From Octopus vulgaris (taxonomy: Eukaryota), in assembly GCA_951406725.2 (NCBI GenBank), contig OX597817.1:99324001-99388000 (forward strand): a DNA stretch of 64,000 nt, in the 5' to 3' direction. Within the stretch, counting starts at the first letter, position 1. Each line of letters begins with the position of its first letter. The translations under genes and the position numbers were made by a program. Of this stretch, positions 62,111 to 64,000 are shown piece by piece. The notes beneath the pieces were generated by a model that was not told the origin of the DNA, did no database searches, and saw only the letters and a program-made list of their open reading frames with translations.

Positions 62111-64000
62111 GAGATTGATGCGTCCCTTAAGGATATTCCTATACCACCGAAGGACGCCTTCCTTAAGGAGTTGGTTTGTAAAACCAACGCATTCATAAAC
62201 CGGATAAGATGGCTCGTTTTCTTCCACGAGAACGAAGATCTAAAATCGAACCGGACAACAGCATCGTCCGAATACGGCCGGCTTTTTAAAACATTGGATA
62301 CGCCGCCACCTAACCCAAGACTGAAGAAGTTTGAGGACGACTTGTGGGACATAGTTAGAAAGATTAAGTTCAGGAAGTCACCCAGGAGAAATGCCCACCT
62401 CAGATACCTAGATAAGGACATTAATAGAACGGACGGAGTCCTGGTCCAGTCCGACAAGACCAGGAACACATACAAGCTACCCATTAAGCAGTACCTAGAT
62501 TTACTCGGTAAAGAGATCAAGAAAAATTATAGAAAAACCAATTGGAGTACCCTGAGGAAGGTAAACTTGGAAATTAAGGAAATAATGTTTAAACACGGAA
62601 TTCAAATGAGAACGCAGCCGCTTAGCCCTAAGCAACCTAGATTTATAGTGAAGGACCATAAACCGAACTTCCACACCAACCCAGCGCTAAGACTCATATG
62701 CCCTGCTAGCTCTGATATCGGGATAATCAGTAAGTACATTTTAGAAAAATATATCCCTAGTTTAGTAAACAAGCTGAAGCTCAGCCTCTGGGCTAACTCC
62801 TCGCAGGTAGTGAAGTGGTTCTCTTCCATCCCCAATAAGAACCGTACTAGGTTCATTCAGTTTGATATCGCTAGCTTCTACCCCTCGATTAACCCTAGTG
62901 TACTAAATAAGGCCCTTTGGCATGCTCACAACAAGGCTGGCCTCACCAGAGAAGAAATAGATATCATTTTAGTTGCCAGGAAATCGTTTATTAAGTTTGA
63001 TAATAAGTTGTGGATCCGTAAAGATACTCCCAATGAATTTGATGTGCCTATGGGTAGTTCGGATAGTGCGCAGATAGCCGATTTGGTCGGAATATATATT
63101 CTCTACGAATTGTCCGACCAATTCCCGGAGATCGCGGGCGGCCTGTATCGTGACGATTGTCTGTTTTGCCTGCAAAACACCACGAACAGAATAGTGCAGA
63201 AAACTAAGAGCAGGTTAGCTAGATTTTTTAATAGAATGGGCATGAATATAGTTTTTGATAATGAACTCACCAAGGCTAATTTCCTAGACGTTACACTTAA
63301 CCTTAATAGCGACTCATACTGCCCTTACCATAAGCCTTCCACTAATTTGAAGTATGTCAGTGTCTTCTCAAATCATGCCAAAACCGTAACAGACAATTTG
63401 GTTAAAAACATCTCTAAGATTGTCTGGCTTGTCCGCTAGTGCCGATATTTTTATGCAGAAAGCGGAATTTTATAACGCCGCACTATCCAAGGCCGGTTAT
63501 AGACAGAAGGTAATTTATATTGATCCGGCCCTTCCGATGCCATCATTCGGTCATCAGGATAGGGCCGTCTATAATAACATAAACAATTTAAGTAGTGACG
63601 GGAGCGCGGCGGGTGCTGGGGCAGTCGCTCCCGCATTTAATTTAGCGAACAAGGATAATTATCGGTCCGGGGGATCTCACACTAACCCAAAACCCGTTAT
63701 TCATCCGAGAATCACCCACCCGAATGCGAGAGCTGGCGTCCCGACCCATCACATAGATAGGAATAAGCATATATGGTTTGTAATTCCCTTTGGTAAGCAG
63801 ATTAGAACTAAGCTCCCCCTCATGTTTCGACAAGCCATCGCCAATAACTTCCCCAGAAATTCCAAATATTACTCCACGGTTAACTCGCATAAAGTTAGGA
63901 TAGCTTTCTCCAACACTAAAAACCTCGCCCAGATAATCGCCTCCCATAATAATAGGCTGCTTACTAAGACCCTATCACCTTTTTCCGGAGGCACAGCTTC
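62108..64000 (+). mobile_element. Naiad-like PLE, inverted partner arm including the N-terminus; frameshift at ~63412; continues off the window
   Basis: Begins SLKDIPIPPK...FINRIRW. 62487-64000 is a near-perfect reverse complement of 60594-62110 apart from a 2-nt (ct) deletion and a few substitutions. Confidence 0.9.

Overview
Eukaryotic (animal) repeat-dense region with no recognisable host gene. The abundant (TA)n/(CA)n microsatellites and the RTE and Penelope families suggest a mollusc, possibly an octopus; this is inference only. Nearly all non-microsatellite DNA is mobile elements, most of them inserted into (TA)n tracts. These comprise a Gypsy gag/protease remnant and a solo LTR, three RTE-clade LINEs, three CR1/L2-group LINEs, a mariner and a Tc1/mariner MITE, and several families of Penelope-like elements (PLEs: Neptune-, Nematis- and Naiad-like RT + GIY-YIG). 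By eye I can fold about 20 type I hammerhead ribozyme (HHR) motifs, with canonical, U3-A8, C4 and atypical cores and nearly always a palindromic stem III. They lie near PLE 3' ends and in non-coding elements. The best candidate system is a non-coding HHR retrozyme-like set: a 492-bp x2.5 tandem array whose 5' end maps within 2 nt of the predicted self-cleavage site and then folds back, a separate 427-bp terminally redundant HHR monomer, and a ~5-kb HHR-capped palindrome. These sit beside potentially helper PLEs that show the same fold-back insertion geometry. Most ORF-track entries rich in YI/YT/CV are microsatellite artefacts.
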